Shown: piece by piece, positions 63,278-64,000 of the stretch
How positions within the stretch are numbered: the stretch's first letter is position 1
Layout: each line of letters begins with the position of its first letter
Assembly (NCBI GenBank): GCA_050575255.1
Contig: JBNZDD010013632.1
Span: 2,995,122-3,059,121 of the forward strand
DNA from: Harriotta raleighana
Lineage: Eukaryota
Direction: 5' to 3'
Length of the DNA: 64,000 nucleotides
Notes under the pieces: model-generated
Told to the model about the DNA's origin: nothing
Seen by the model: the letters and a program-made list of their open reading frames with translations, nothing else
Database searches by the model: none
Translations under genes and position numbers: made by a program

Positions 63278-63990
63278 ACACTGGCTGCATCAACCTCCAT
63301 GGTTGCATTCTCAACCTCATCCAGCCAGTCAGAAACCTAGGTGTCTTGTTTGACCCTCAAATGTCTTTCCTCCCTCACATCCAAGCAATGACTCGCTCTG
63401 CCTTTCTCACCACCGCAACATTTCCCGACTCCGCCATTACTTCACCCCTAAAGCCACTGAAACCCTCATCCACGTCTTCATTACATCCCGGCTCGACTAC
63501 GCAAATGCCTTGCTGGACGGCCTTCTCAATTCCTACATCCACAAGCTGCAGATGATCCAGAATTTTGTGGCCTGTATCCTCTATCATTCGGAGCTCCGTG
63601 ACCCCATCTCCCCCATCCTCGCCCAACTCCATTGGCTCCCCATCATCCAGAGGATATAATTCAAGATCCTGGTCCTCACATTTAAAGCCCTCCACAACCT
63701 CGCCCCACCCTACATCCGTGAACTCCTATCCCCTTACCAACCTGCCCACCCCCTCTGTTCAGCAGGCTCTGATCTGCTCCACGTCCCCCGACCCACCCTC
63801 CCAAACATTGGCAGGCGAGTCTTTAGCCACTCTATGCCCAACCTCAGGAATTCCATCCCGAAGTCTCTCTGCTTCATCCCCTCCCTAGCCTCCTTCAAGT
63901 CTCGCCTCAAGACTTTCCTCTTCGATGGAACCATTGCCAACTCCTTCCCCTAACCCCCCCCCCCACCCCACCCTTTCCTTAACTCAGGTC
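63278..63990 (+). mobile_element. 5'-truncated L2, same family as 9429-10378, running to the window edge
   Basis: VRNLGVLFDPQMSFLPHI, FITSRLDYANALLDGL, KLQMIQN, LAQLHWLP, FKILVLTFKALHNLAPPY, GRRVFS, FKSRLKTFLF. Confidence 0.96.
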
Positions 63991-64000
63991 TGAATCAATA

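Overview
This is AT-rich, CpG-depleted eukaryotic genomic DNA. The repeat content (L2 and CR1 LINEs, a tRNA-derived SINE with an L2-type tail, Deu-domain SINEs) points to a vertebrate, most likely a cartilaginous fish (inference, not database-checked). I found no convincing host protein-coding exon, RNA gene or CRISPR array; the ORF track is mostly chance ORFs or LINE fragments. The window reads as a gene desert or large intron with three layers. (1) Younger repeats: about 12 copies of one tRNA(Ala)-like SINE, 5'-truncated L2 elements and many ~60-bp L2 tail-only insertions. (2) Very old fossils recognisable only from broken protein motifs: several CR1 LINEs, one or two hAT transposases, a PIF/Harbinger transposase and a probable DIRS/Crypton-type tyrosine recombinase. 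(3) Repeat-free islands rich in homeodomain/Meis/Sox/Fox motifs that may be conserved enhancers. I cannot support a novel biological system here. The best leads are a CTCF-like motif inside a fold-back cluster, tail-only L2 micro-insertions, locally templated 24-28 bp duplications, and SINE structural variants. All family names come from motif recognition by eye and the boundaries are approximate.
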